In this document: positions 48,601 to 62,347 of the stretch, one piece after another | How positions within the stretch are numbered: position 1 is the stretch's first letter | Layout of the letters: each line of letters opens with the position of its first letter | NCBI RefSeq assembly: GCF_036321535.1 | Contig: NC_087455.1 | Location: 558,001-622,000, forward strand | Source: Camelus dromedarius | Lineage: Eukaryota | DNA length: 64,000 nucleotides | Direction: 5' to 3' | Notes under the pieces: generated by a model | Databases searched by the model: none | What the model saw: only the letters and a program-made list of their open reading frames with translations | Told to the model about the DNA's origin: nothing | Translations under genes and position numbers: made by a program

Positions 48601-51205
48601 GACGTACTGACCGGAGGACACGATGCTGTTCCAGGTGGACTCGATGGCGGTGACGGGTCCTGGGCTGTGTGCCACCGTGTGGAAGACTCTCTTCGATGAG
48701 CGCAAGTCGAGCACAGACAGGGCGCCGTCGGTGTGCCCCACCACGGGCAGGTACCTACGGGTGGCAGCAGCCTGTTGGCGCGGGCCCTGTCGCCTTGCCC
48801 AGCCCTCACTGTCTCTGGCACCCACCGGTTCTTGTCCTTCCAGGCCCAGGCCATGTCAGTGGGGCACAGCTCGCCCTCGAGCTGGCGCACGATCTCCCAT
48901 GTGGCAAATGCACTACTGGGGTCTGTGAGGTGGCTGTAGAGGTGCAGGCAGCAGGGCCTGGACGCAGGGGGTGGCGGCGGGCACAGGCGGTGCAGCACCC
49001 TCATGGGGCAGCGAGCCGCGTTGGCACACAGCAGGTGTCCCGCACGCGTCAGCAGCCACAGTGCTTCGTGAGGCAGGCAGTAGGCCACGGCAGCCACGCA
49101 GTCTGCAGGCTCAAGCAGAAGCGCGCTCACGGTGCGTCCCGTCGAGACGGACACCAGGTAGACCGAGCCATCGGCGCATGCGCACACGAGGCGCACAGGC
49201 AGCGGCGGGTGCAGGGGCATGGGCAGCGCGGGCGCCACCTGCAGGTGCAGCACCGGCGCTGACAGCTGCACCAACGGCGAGTAGAGCTCACGCAGGCGCC
49301 ACAGCTCCAGGCTGCTGGCACGCAAGGAGAGCAAGGGCCAGCCAGGGCCGGCGGGGGCCAGCAGGCGGTCCACGCTCTCGGACGACACGCCCCGGCCCCA
49401 GCAGCTCAGCGCCACCTCGCCCACCTGCGCCGCTGCCTGCAGGTCCCACGTGCGCAGCGTCCCGTCCTGTGAAGCTGACAGCAGCAGGGTTGTGTTGGGG
49501 AGCACAGCCACTGCAGTCACCGGGCCTGCGGGAGGGACGCGGGTCACTGCACATCAGGGACTAAGGAAGGGGAGCCGTCAGTCAGGGTGGTGGCCAGGAG
49601 CAGCGTGGCCAGGAGTCAAGGAATTCCATGCCCAGAGCCCCTTAAGGCAGAAGGCTGTGCACAAGGTGGAGGGAGACCAGGCCTCAAGAACCACGGTGGC
49701 GCGGCGCACCTGTGTGGCCCACGAACACCATCCGGATCTGCCAGTCAGCCTCCCACACCTTCACCGTGCTGTCCCGGGAAGCTGTCACCATGGCCTCTAC
49801 ATCCCTGCAGTACGCCAGGTCGCAGATGGTGCTGAGGGGTGAGAGGGAGGCCCGGCGGACTTAGCACCGCCTTGTGTGTGTGTACCTGCACCCCTGCCAT
49901 GACTGGATTTCCTTCGCAGACTCGCCTCATGAGTCCCCCGTCCCTGGGCCCCCTCACGTTTTGTGCAGATCTCGACGCACATCTATGAGAACCCAGGCTT
50001 GCAGATCAAAGGTGAGCACGGCTGAGCCGTAGGCTGCGAAGCAGCACGGGACCTGATGGGGAGGCTGAGGCCCCAGAGCCAGACGCGCAAGTGCACCTGC
50101 CTGGCCCGGCAGTGGCTGCAGAGGTGACCTGTGCGGAACCAGGCAGCGGCCACCTGAACGGAACTTCCAAAGCGCCAGGCTGCCGTCTGCCTCGGCCACT
50201 AGCAGCAGCCCGAGATCGGGCACTGGCAGGCAGCAGATGGGCTCGCAGCCTGGCACCCTGTGCACCCCTGGTTTACTCAGCCACAGTAAGCTTAAGTCAG
50301 ATCTCAGTATGGCCAGACCCACTGGGCCCCAGCCCACAAAGCGGCCCACAGTGCCCAGCGGACCCAGCACTGCCACTAGCCCCGTGAGAGCAGCAGGAGC
50401 CGGCAGCTTCTTCTGCATCCAGCCGTCCTCCCTGTGCAAGTGCAGGTGGCCCGCACCATCCAGCATCACAAAGCGTCGGCCCACCGGGTCCTGTGCCACC
50501 GAACGTAGCCCGGGTGCCACCTCCAGGCGGCGCAGTGGCTCCAGCCCGTGGGTCAAACGCGCCACGCGCAACTCAGCTTTCTTCTCCTGTAGGCCAGGAC
50601 CAGCAAGCCTTAGTCAACCTCATCGGGGCCAGGGGTTGGGGGAGAGCAGTGCACCCGCCTCTGGGAGCCAGGAGGATCAGGGCTGGGGTCCTGCCGGGGC
50701 CCTTAGTAGAAGAGCCAGGCCAGGAAAGAGGCCTTGAGCCAGGTACCCTGAGCAAGCCACACCTTTTCCACGAAGTTCTGGAGGCCTGTACGCAGAAGCA
50801 GCCACAACTGGCGGGCACGGGCGCTCGGGCTTATGTTCTGCCACTGTGAGTTGCTGGTAAAAAGCCGTGGGGCCGGCTCTGAAAACGATGACGCTGCAGG
50901 CCAGCAGGAGAAGCCCTGTCGCTGTTCAGCTGTGGACCCCCAGCCCTGGAGGTCGGGGGCAGCCAAGGGCCCTCCTGAGGGCCCTGCCAGGTGAGGGGAC
51001 TGCCCCGGGAGTGCTGCGTTCCCGGGGAACAGGACCTGCACCACAGGGGTCGAGGCCAGGCCACCTCACCATTCCTCTCCTTGAGCAGCCCCGGGTCCGG
51101 GACATCATAGATGTCAGCGTCATACAGGTCCAGGTCCAGGTCTGAAAGCAGGAGGTCGCCTTCTGCTGTAAAGGGGTTGCTCGCATCCAACACATTCGAC
51201 TCCAT
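42697..51205 (-). CDS. WDR97: WD repeat-containing protein 97 (KIAA1875), ~1618 aa, 24 exons, intact
   Basis: Exons: 51070-51205, 50763-50893, 49958-50586, 49710-49831, 48826-49525, 48612-48754, 48299-48535, 48133-48223, 47816-47948, 47604-47725, 47273-47333, 46954-47103, 46612-46869, 46393-46518, 46211-46294, 45330-45407, 44986-45177, 44718-44912, 44421-44618, 44227-44348, 43992-44154, 43151-43671, 43003-43064, 42697-42899. Total 4857 nt, GT-AG, phases close. WD-type segments VTASRDSTVKVWEAD, LSASQDGTLRTWDLQ, SSGGDLTVKMWRV, CSSLDCTIRIWT; C-terminus LQPALQRYFLPDDTDPDSYS matches recalled human WDR97. Confidence 0.93.
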
Positions 51206-51248
51206 TTCAGCAGCTGCAGGTCCAGGCGGCTCAACAGCCCCTGTGGCC

Positions 51249-51302
51249 GTTGCTAGGATACCTGAGGCAGCAGGCCCCGCCCCCGACGCAGGCCCCGCCC
51301 CC
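51249..51302 (-). promoter_or_regulatory. Putative WDR97 core promoter: RFX X-box-like site plus two tandem GC boxes
   Basis: GTTGCTAGGATAC at 51249-51261 (CCTAGCAAC on minus). GCAGGCCCCGCCCCC occurs twice, at 51270-51284 and 51288-51302. The cluster lies 44-97 nt upstream of the WDR97 ATG. Confidence 0.55.
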
Positions 51303-51342
51303 ACACTGCAAGAGCCTAGGAACACATTAAGTCACAGAAACT

Positions 51343-51348
51343 TTTATT
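51343..51348 (-). terminator. MAF1 polyadenylation signal AATAAA
   Basis: TTTATT on plus, ~465 nt past the MAF1 stop. Confidence 0.75.
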
Positions 51349-51811
51349 GGAAACAAACCAGCTGCAGCAAAGTGACACTCAGTGCACGCTGCCCAATGGG
51401 CAAGGTGGGGGGTACAAGTGGGCAGATGACCCCTGGGGGCCGCCTGCTGGGTCTCCAGCCCTTTGGGCTGGATTGTGCAGGCCCAAGCCTGACCCAGCAC
51501 AAAATACAAAAATAAACTCTGTGGTCCAGCTGTCCCTGCCTATGTAAGTCCGTCTGGGCAGGGCAGTGGCTCTTCCCACCAGGCCCTGTGCTGTCCAGTC
51601 CAGCCACAGCGCGGGCGGCAGGAGCCCATGGGAGTGAGAGGACATCCACAGGCTAGAGCCAAAGGGCTAGGCAGGCGTGGCCTTGGGTGGCGCTGGTGCT
51701 GTGGCAGCGGCAGGATCTGGCCAGCGGTTCTGGAGGCCCTGGGGCCCCTCAGATGGGCAGGTCCAGGCACGGTTTGAAGCTGGGTGAAGCCGGGGCCTCT
51801 GTTCCTCCTCT

Positions 51812-53261
51812 TCACATACAGACCACTGGGACCCTGGGCAAAGGGTGGCGTACAGTGGGCTCTGAGGAGCCAATACCCAGGACACCAGGCAAAGGGGCCC
51901 CAGCCTGCCCACCCCAGGCTCGAGGGAGGGAGACCACTGCAGCCATTGCACACCTGTCCTCTTCCACAGCGCTGGTCTCCTCAGGTCCGCCCTCGCTGCC
52001 TCCACCGCCGCTCTCCTCCTCCTCCTCCCCTAGCTCCATGTCCAGCTCGTTGCCTGCCTCTGAGGAAGTGTAGGTGGACCCACTGGGGGAGGTGAGGGAA
52101 CCCGTTTTAAGACCACCTATCCTGGCCTGCTGCTGACTCCAGGGAGAATGTCCCGGGAGGACAAAGTCAGGAATAGGGTGGACCAAGCTAGGGAAATGGT
52201 GCGTGCCCCAAATAGGAAGGTGGGGGAAGGGAGGTGGACAGGTGCCAGCCAACCTGATAGAGCGGCAGCTGAAGAAAACAATCCGTTTCAGCCGCTTGTT
52301 GTAGAAAAAGTAGTTGAAGGACCAGAGACTGCCGTCCTCCCCAAAAGGATCTGAATCCAAGTCTGGATTGTAGCTGGGGAGTGCAGGGCGAGATGTGGTG
52401 TGAGGTCCCAAGTGCCACACAGACCCAGGGCCCACCTGCAGGGATGCCAGCCCACCTGTAGATGTCGCACTCGGCCAGGCAGATCTCCTCATCGACTGCG
52501 TTCCACAGTTGTGGCTTCAGGGCCTTGAAGTCCTCTCGTACAGCCGAGAACAGACTGCAATTGACTGCGTTCACCACCTAGGATGGTCATAATCGGGGCT
52601 GACCCAAGACAGCAGGCATGAACAGGGCAGGGCCATGGTAAGTTGGGGAGGACACTGGCGATAGCCCGGGGCCTGCAGGTCCCTTCCCTGACCCGACCCT
52701 CACCCAGCTGAGGCTGGGCTCCCGGCTGAACTCGTGGCTTCGGGCTGTGCTGAAGTCATAGTCTGGCCGGAAGGACTCATTGAGTGTGGCGATCAGGTAG
52801 AAGAGGGTCTTGCGGCTGCACTTGTCGCTGAGGGGGCCCTCATCCTCACCGCCTTGACTCTTACTCAGTCTGCACAGAAAGAAGTGTCAGCCCAGCACTG
52901 CCCCACATGCCACAGTCCCCAGTGGGCAGGCCCTGCCCACGCTCACCTGCTGGGGCTGAGGCCTGAGGTCTGGGGTGGGGACAGTGCCTCCAGCACGTGT
53001 GGCTGGCCCTCCTGACAAAACTGCTTGAACATGTGCTTGTCATCTCCAGCCATCTTGCATGAGTAGCTCTCAATCCTAGAGATGCAGGCAGGGTCATGGA
53101 GTATGCCACCCCCAGGTTCAACTCAGAGCCAGGGCAAAGTGACTGCTGAGACACCAGCCCCTAGAGCCCCAGCCTCACCTGCCGATGATGTGGGCATCTC
53201 CGGTCTCCACCGTCAGCTGCGAGTTGATGGCCTCGAAGCTGGAGTTCTCCAACAGCTTCAT
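51812..53261 (-). CDS. MAF1: Repressor of RNA polymerase III transcription MAF1 homolog, 256 aa
   Basis: Coding exons 53179-53261, 52947-53075, 52704-52869, 52456-52577, 52254-52373, 51954-52082, 51812-51833; 771 nt. [88 protein letters not shown]..acidic tail..VPVVCM*. The first coding exon has its acceptor at 53304. Confidence 0.98.
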
Positions 53262-53879
53262 GTCCTTGAGGAAGGGGTCTTGTGCTCCAAGAGGCTAGTA
53301 TTGCCTGAGGATGGGAGATCAGTCCATGGGTATCTGGCCCTTGGGACTCCACCTTTGGCCCCACTCCCAGCAAGCGGGGCCCCTGTAAACAAGTTAGGTC
53401 CCTCCTGCAGCCTGCCCCCAGGCCTTCAGCACTGGCAGGAGAAGCGAGGAGATCCCCTTACCTGAGAGTGGCAAGGCTCCAGCTCAAGCCACATCCCCTG
53501 CACCTCACAGGAGATCTTGGGGCAGGCTGGGGGACCCACCAGGGTCCCCACTAACCCTGAGCTGCCGATTCGGTCTCTCCCTCAACACTCCCCGTCCCAA
53601 CGAGAGTCCTACCCACCAAGGGGGCACTGTGAGCCCACGAAGGGACACGACTCTTTAAGTCCGCCTCGGGCCGGGCCTCTCAGCCAGGCTAAGAACCTGC
53701 ACCCGGTGAGGAACCAGGACACCTGGGGCTCGGCCCTGCGATCACCTGGACGCGGCGCTCTTCCCTGTTCTACAGGAGGCTGTCTAGTAAGGAGAAGAGG
53801 AAACGCATGAGCTCTTCCCTTTTTCTCCTCAAGTACGACAAGGTGCAGAGGGAGGCCCCACAGCCCCCAGGAGAGCCTG

Positions 53880-55300
53880 TCAGCAAGGTACCTAGGCGTT
53901 CCTGCGTCCGACGGGTCCCAGCCTGGCGCCGCGAACTACAAATCCCAGGAGGCCCGCGCTTCGGGAGGCGCGCACGCGCGCCGGCGCGAAGCCTGCTGGG
54001 GGCTGTAGTTCCGGAGGCCCCGAGACGGCGCCGGGCACAGGGCGTACGCCTACCTGCTTGCGCGGCGCTCAGTCGGGCCTGGCTGGGTCCGGCGGGATCA
54101 GGTCGATAGGCGTCGGTGCGGGTGAGAAGGCGGTGCGGGCCCCGGGCAGCGCGGGCTCCTCAGGACCGGAGGGCGGCGCCGCGGCCTCCGCACGGGCCGC
54201 ACTGTATCCGGGGGAAGAAGCTCCGAGGCGACGTCCCGTTACTCCCGGCCCTGCCGGCCCATCCGGGCTGCCACCGCGACATAGCCTCGCCCCTGCTCGG
54301 CGCCCTACTATCGCGACCGACCTGCCCGCCGACCGCCACAGAAGGCCTGAGCAAGAGAGCGAACGACCTCTGCCTCCTCCGGCCAGACAACAACAAGCGT
54401 CCGCAAGGCCCAGCCCCACACGTCTGAATGGCCCGCTCCAGCCTCCGGGGGCGAGAGCTCGCATAGCCATTGGGCGCATTGCCCGCCGCTCAGTCCTGTC
54501 TTCCACTCCTACTGGCTGCGGTGCCTGTCCATCTTCTTCTCGGCCGTGCGAGCCCGCCTCCCTCCCTGGCGCTCATTGGTCACAGCCCATCGTTGGCTCC
54601 GCCCCCTGGGGGGCCACCTGCGTTCCCTGGAGCGATCCGCGGGCTGGCGGGACGGGGCAGCCCAGCGGCTGGCGGGAGGCAGGCCTTGAACGGGTGGGGT
54701 TGGCGTCCAGCTCCGGCCGGACGCGGGGTCGGCAAGGACCACCGGGCCGCAGCACCCGCCCGAGCCTCTTGGGCTTTCCACTAGTAGCCGGTGTTTCGGT
54801 CCGTGAGACTTTGCTCGGCGTACAGGCCTCTAGGCGCAGCCTCGCCCACCTGTGTCCGGAGACCCTGGGGCCGTGTTCACCCTTGGCGAAGCGGGAGGGT
54901 CAGTCGGCTCCGAAGCTTTCGCGGCACCCGGAACCCCAGGCTCGCGGCCGCAGTTTCCGGCCGGCGAAGGCGCTCAGCGGCCCGAGGCCACGGAAGCGGG
55001 CTCGGGAGGCCGGGCCGGGGCCGGACGGAGATGGCACCGCCGGTGGGCGGCGCGGCCGCGGCTTCGGACCCGGGCTCGACTGCGGTGCTTCTGGCGGTGC
55101 ACGCCGCGGTGCGGCCGCTGGGCGCGGGGCCGGAGGCCGAGGCGCAGCTGCGGAGGCTGCAGCTGAGTGCGGACCCTGAGCGACCAGGGCGCTTCCGGCT
55201 GGAGCTGCTGGGCGCGGGGCCCGGCGCGGTGAGTGGAGGCGGCGGGGTGTCGCGCGGCCTGGCCGCGGAGCCTGAGGCCAGCCCTTTGTTTGCCAGTCGC
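53880..55300. promoter_or_regulatory. MAF1/SHARPIN bidirectional CpG-island promoter
   Basis: Head-to-head genes. CpG-dense. ATTGG/CCAAT boxes at ~54469 and ~54575. Two ZNF143-type ACTACAnnnCCCAG motifs at 53935-53948 (+) and 53996-54009 (-). Confidence 0.8.
54054..54460 (-). other. MAF1: Non-coding first exon (5' UTR) of MAF1; 5' boundary approximate
   Basis: Donor CAG|GTAGGC after 54054 inside the CpG island, upstream of the first coding exon. TSS inferred from CCAAT boxes at ~54469 and ~54575. Confidence 0.6.
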
Positions 55301-58300
55301 GTGCCCTTGAGCAATTAACTTTTCTTTGCTTCTGTTTCTTCGGCTGTAAAATGGGGACAATGCTGGTACCTCCCTTCGTAGGGCTACTGTGAGGGTTTCG
55401 TAAGATAATACAAGTTAAGCGCTTAGGTCAGTATAAGTGGTCTACACGTTACCTCGTTTTCCTTTGATCACCATGTCGTGTGTGCTGGGCAGAGACACTG
55501 AGCCTAGACTCTCCCCCTCCTCAGGTCAGTTTGGAGTGGCCCTTGGAGACAGTCTCCTACACTGTCAGAGGCCCCAGCCAGCATGAGCTGCAGCCTCCAC
55601 CAGGAGGGCCTGGGACTCTCAGCCTGCACTTCGCCAACCCTCAGGAAGCTGAGCGGTGGGCAGCCCTGGTCCGAGGTGCCACCGTGGAAGGACAGAATGG
55701 TCAGTTCCCTGGAGCGAAGATTCATTTCGTTGGCCAGGGACTGCATTAGTTCTAGGAGAGAAGAGGAGAAGGCCCAATGGCTGGCCTGGATGGGGAAAGT
55801 AGTGGGGAAAGCTGGGCTCACCTTACCCACTGCTGGGGTTCTGGAAAGCCTTCCAGGAGGAAGAAAGGGGAGAAAAGGAACAGAGCTGAAGCCTGGAGTA
55901 GCAGACAAGTGTGGAGGGGCAGAGAAGCAGGCCTTCGGGACCTGGGTGAGAAGACAGACTAGATCAACAGCAAGGGACAGGTATTCAGTGGGAGAGAAAT
56001 AGGCTCAGGTTTGAACTACTTAAGACTAGTAGAGGCCTGCATTTGTGTGGGTGGTGCAGATAGGGCTGGAGAGAAGGATGTTTCCAGAGATGCTTGAGAG
56101 ATGGAACTGGCTGGGTTTCATGGGGGTTTAAATGGAGGGGTTAGTGGTTGAGACAGAAAGCTGGAGGGACCAGATACTGTAGAGACCCCAGATAGAGGGC
56201 TTGTTTGGGAGGGCATGGAAGTGATCAAGTTCTGAAACACGTGGGAGGGAAGGGAGGTAGGTGGATCTGGGCTGGAGCTGGGACTCAAGAGACAAAGGTT
56301 GGGGGTAGAAATATTCAACCAAGGTCACCCAAAAGAGGGAAGCGAGAATAGGGTCTGGGTCCAGCAGGCAGTGCCTCAGGGAAGAAGTCCACAGATGCAT
56401 CAGAAGAAGAGCTGACAGAGTGGTGAGAAGAAAACCACACAGTGAGATGGAAGAGATCCAGACAGTAGCATCTGTAGAGAGAGAAAGGCTTTCTTCTTTC
56501 ATTCATTCATTTGTTCGTTCACCAGATACATGTATTCAGCACCATACTAAGCCATCCTTTAAGACCTTAGAGATTTAGCATGAATAAAACTTCAAACCTC
56601 TGCTCTCTTGGAGCTTGTATTTCTAGAGGGGAGACACACATAAAATAAGTAACATAAAATTCTGCACATGGTGGAAGGGATGGGAATGCTGGAAGGGAGG
56701 GGTTTGCAACTTAAAATAGGGTGGTAGGAAAATCCTCTTTAAGGTGACACGAGTGAAATTTAAAGATTGTAGGGTAAACCATGTGGCCAGCGAGCAGCAG
56801 GTACATACAAAACGCCCAAGGCAAGAGTCTACATGTGGCCTTTGGGGCTCATCTCAGGCCAGTCCAGGCATGGTGCTGGGTGCTTGGGAGTTCTGCTTAT
56901 CTCAGTCGTCAGACAGCTCAGACCTAAGACCACTAAGGAGCTGCATCAGCACCGTGTGGGCTGGGCCTCAGGCAGGAGGTAAGAAGGGGGAGACAGCAGC
57001 ATGCCCAGGGCAGGCATTAGCTGGAGAGGGTTTGTTTGGAGTGGGAGCAGCCCAAGGTGTTCTGTGCTGATGGTAGAGCCAGGAGAGAGGATAGAGGTCC
57101 CTGGGATACCAAAAGGTGGCCACCCTGACGGCAGGGCTCCTGTTGAGCAGGAAGGGGCAGGCTCCTTCTGAGGACTGCTTTGGTTCTGGCTGGCTGAGAG
57201 GGCCTGCAGAGGCCAAGAGAAGTGGTCTGGCCTCTGTGGAGGAGGAGCACAGGTGAGACTGGGCAGCAGAAGGGACCAGAGCCCAAAGCAAAGCCAAGTA
57301 CAGCTCTTGAGTGGAGTCTGCAGGGACTTCTGGGGTTTGCAAGGGTTGAGGTTGGGGAGAAGGCCTGGCTTGAAGTGTGGCCAAGGCAGGGCCCTGGCAT
57401 GGGCTGAGGTAAGGAGGGAGAGAGAGCTCCAGGCTAAATCTCAGGAGACCACTAGCCCACCACACATCTTCCCTCCTAGGCAATGACAGCCTGCCCCCAG
57501 CCCTAGGCCCAGAAACAAGCCCTGTTTCCCTGCCCAGTCCCCTTGAAGTGCTCACACCCAAGGCCCCCCAACCCAAGGTGGATCTTCCCTGGAGCTCTGG
57601 AGACTTGATGGAGAAAGGTAAAGGCGGGTGCCTGGAGGGGGTCGGGGGAAGCAACCCATGTGAGGCTGTGATGGCTCTCTCTCCCCCTGCAGAAGAGCTG
57701 GCAGGGCGCCTGACCCGGGCCATAGAGGGTGGGGATGAGAAGGGGGCAGCCCATGCAGCAGCTCTCCTGGCCCAGCACCACGTGGCCCTGAGTATCCAGC
57801 TCCGAGAGGCCTGCTTCCCTCCTGGCCCCATCAGGTAAGGCCTGGGACTTCCTTCTCACCCTGACCTCCCAACCCGCTCAGGTCCCACATCCTGACCCCT
57901 GACCTACACTCTGGCCCAGACTACAGGTCACGGTTGAAGACGCTGCATCCTCTGCCCATGTCTCGCTGCAGGTCCACCCCCACTGCACCATCGGGGCCCT
58001 CCAGGAGCAGGTGAGCACAGGGTCTGGGGGCCCCTGCTGGGGGTGGGGGCCCCAGGTGACACTGATGTTCTGGCCCAGGTGTTCTCGGAGTTTGGCTTCC
58101 CACCATCTGTGCAGCGCTGGGTCATTGGGAGGCGCTTGTGCGTCCCCGAGTACAGCCTCGCTTCCTATGGGGTCCGGCGGGACGGGGACCCTGCTTTCCT
58201 CTACCTGCTCTCAGCCCCCCGAGAAGCCCCAGGTCAGTCCTTGATTGGGGTGGGATGAGGAAGGTGGGGTGCAGCTTGACACGGTCCTGAGCCTCACCCC

Positions 58301-58809
58301 TCTACCGCAGGACGCAATCTTCAGCGCCCTCAGAAGATGGAGGGGGAACTAGGCCGTCTGTTTCCTCAGTCACTTGGGCTTCCCCGAGCCCCTCAACCAG
58401 CCAGCTCCAGTCTCCCCAACCCGATTCAGGTGGGCAAGGGACTGGGCAGGGTGGGCCCAGGCGGCTCTGGGCATTGGAAGGAAGGGGTCAGCAGCACTGT
58501 CCTCACCTCTCTAGCCCAGCTGGTCCTGCCCTTCCTGCACTTTCATCAACGCCGCAAGCCGGCATGGCTGTGAGATGTGTAGCACCCAGAGGCCTCGTGC
58601 TTGGGAGCCCTTTCCCACAGCCTCCACCCAGCAGCTACCAAAGGTACCAGAGGCAGGGAGGGAACAGGGGTGGGCAGTGGCAGAACAAGCAGAATGACCC
58701 ATCTCTTCCCCCCCCCCCCGCCAAGGTGACAAGGAGAGAGGATGGCCCCTCCCTTCCAGGCCCGAGCTCCCTGGACCCCGTCCTGAACCTTTCAGGGAAC
58801 CTCTGCTGA
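55031..58809 (+). CDS. SHARPIN: SHANK-associated RH domain interactor (LUBAC subunit), 409 aa, 9 coding exons
   Basis: Exons 55031-55228, 55525-55699, 57480-57617, 57693-57834, 57920-58010, 58079-58232, 58311-58429, 58515-58643, 58726-58809; 1230 nt. PH-like N-terminus ([24 protein letters not shown]), LTM/UBL ([47 protein letters not shown]), NZF ([14 protein letters not shown]). The last exon is slightly less certain. Confidence 0.95.
55300..55440 (+). mobile_element. MIR in SHARPIN intron 1
   Basis: ccttgagcaattaact..ctgtttcttcggctgtaaaatggggacaat..gtacctc..tgtgagggtt. Confidence 0.7.
55990..56830 (-). mobile_element. L2 fragments in SHARPIN intron 2
   Basis: cattcattcatttgttcgttcacc..tattcagcacc..tggagcttgtatttctagaggggagacac is an L2 3' end; degenerate L2 body lies upstream. 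Confidence 0.6.
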
Positions 58810-58863
58810 CTGCTCACAAGGGACAAAGCCAGGGCTGGGGGGAGGGGCCATGAGCTGGAGTCA

Positions 58864-58869
58864 TTAAAG
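58864..58869 (+). terminator. Probable SHARPIN poly(A) signal ATTAAA
   Basis: Common variant hexamer 55 nt after the stop codon. Confidence 0.5.
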
Positions 58870-59903
58870 ACATTTCTGAGCCAGCTGGGTGCCCCTTCAC
58901 GTGCCTTTGTGCAGACTGGGCTGCTGGGAGGGTGGAGGGCAGGGCACAGTCCCTCAGTGGAACTTGGCAGAGGTTGGGGGAGCTGCCCAGGTGGCCACTG
59001 GAGCACACTTGGACCACAAATCCCAGGGGTCCTCGGAGCATGGCAGTGAAATCTCCCAGGCCCCGAGGGCTTGCAGGGCACTGCCAGGCTGCTAACCACT
59101 GGGCTTGGGCCCTCTGCACCTCATCCAGTCCTTGGGAGACCATGCCTCCTATTCCAAGCAGAGCCTTTCCAGTACACACCCTCCACCTTTTCCCTGCTCA
59201 GCCCTTGCCTTCCCCACAGGCCCCTCCTCCTCTAGGCCACTCTGTCCAGGCTGTCCCTTATAGTCGCCTCTTGGGGACAAAAGCTCAGAAGCTAAGAGCC
59301 CTGAGCCAGGGTCCTCCTGCCACTGATGGGTCCACGGCTGAGCGAACCTGGCCACTGTCTGGCTGTATGGCCTGGACCTACCTCTAGTTGTCAAGCCAAG
59401 AGACCAGGAGCACATTCTAAGAGGCCTCTGGCTGCCTATCTCTGCCTCCCCTCCTCTCCTCGCCACCACCCAGCCCTGCCAGCCCCCTTGCCCCAGAAAC
59501 TGCTCCTGCAGCTGGTACTTTAGACCAGGCCCCCCCTGCTGAAATGCAACTGAGGGGTCCTTGCTGCCCTCAGGATGAAGGCTAAGTGGTCTGATACACT
59601 GACATTGGCTGGTTTCTCCAGCAGGTTCCTGGGCCCTTGGACTATGTCCAGTCAAGCCAGGCCCTTTTCACCTGAGACCAGGTACTCTCCGCTCCAACGA
59701 ATGCTGCTGCTTCTCTAACAGCTAGTTCTCTGCCTCCTGTCCCACATCCAGTACTGACTGGACTCCCAGCCATGGTCCGTGCAGTGTGCAGGGTAATGCT
59801 GGCCACACAGCACAGCACACTACTGGGAGCTCTGAGGGCAAGGGTCCCCTGCACACCTGTACTCCCATCATACAATAGCTGAAATGTGTATGTTGAGAAA
59901 CAA

Positions 59904-59909
59904 TTTATT
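59904..59909 (-). terminator. CYC1 polyadenylation signal AATAAA
   Basis: TTTATT on plus, ~175 nt past the CYC1 stop. Confidence 0.75.
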
Positions 59910-60085
59910 TCCATGATGGGTGCTGAACAACCTGGAGCTAGAACCCTGTCTCCTGCCCCTTCTCCTCTTGTCCCAGAAGAAGAGGGGCTTGGCCAAGAGG
60001 GCCAGCTGAGGCCTGAATAGGCCCAGGGTGGCTCCTTGGCTTGAGGACCCGTTCAGGCAGGACAGCAAGCAGAGACACCGGGCAG

Positions 60086-62347
<2,262 letters not shown>

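Noticed and set aside
54058-55179. 373-aa plus-strand ORF across the MAF1/SHARPIN promoter
   Set aside because: Non-ATG start, Arg/Gly/Pro/Ala low-complexity product, stop-poor because of ~75% GC. It overlaps SHARPIN exon 1 out of frame.
58011-58078. 68-nt SHARPIN intron with GGGGCCCC palindromes as a mirtron
   Set aside because: The internal palindromes pair locally, but the intron ends do not form a pre-miRNA-like stem.
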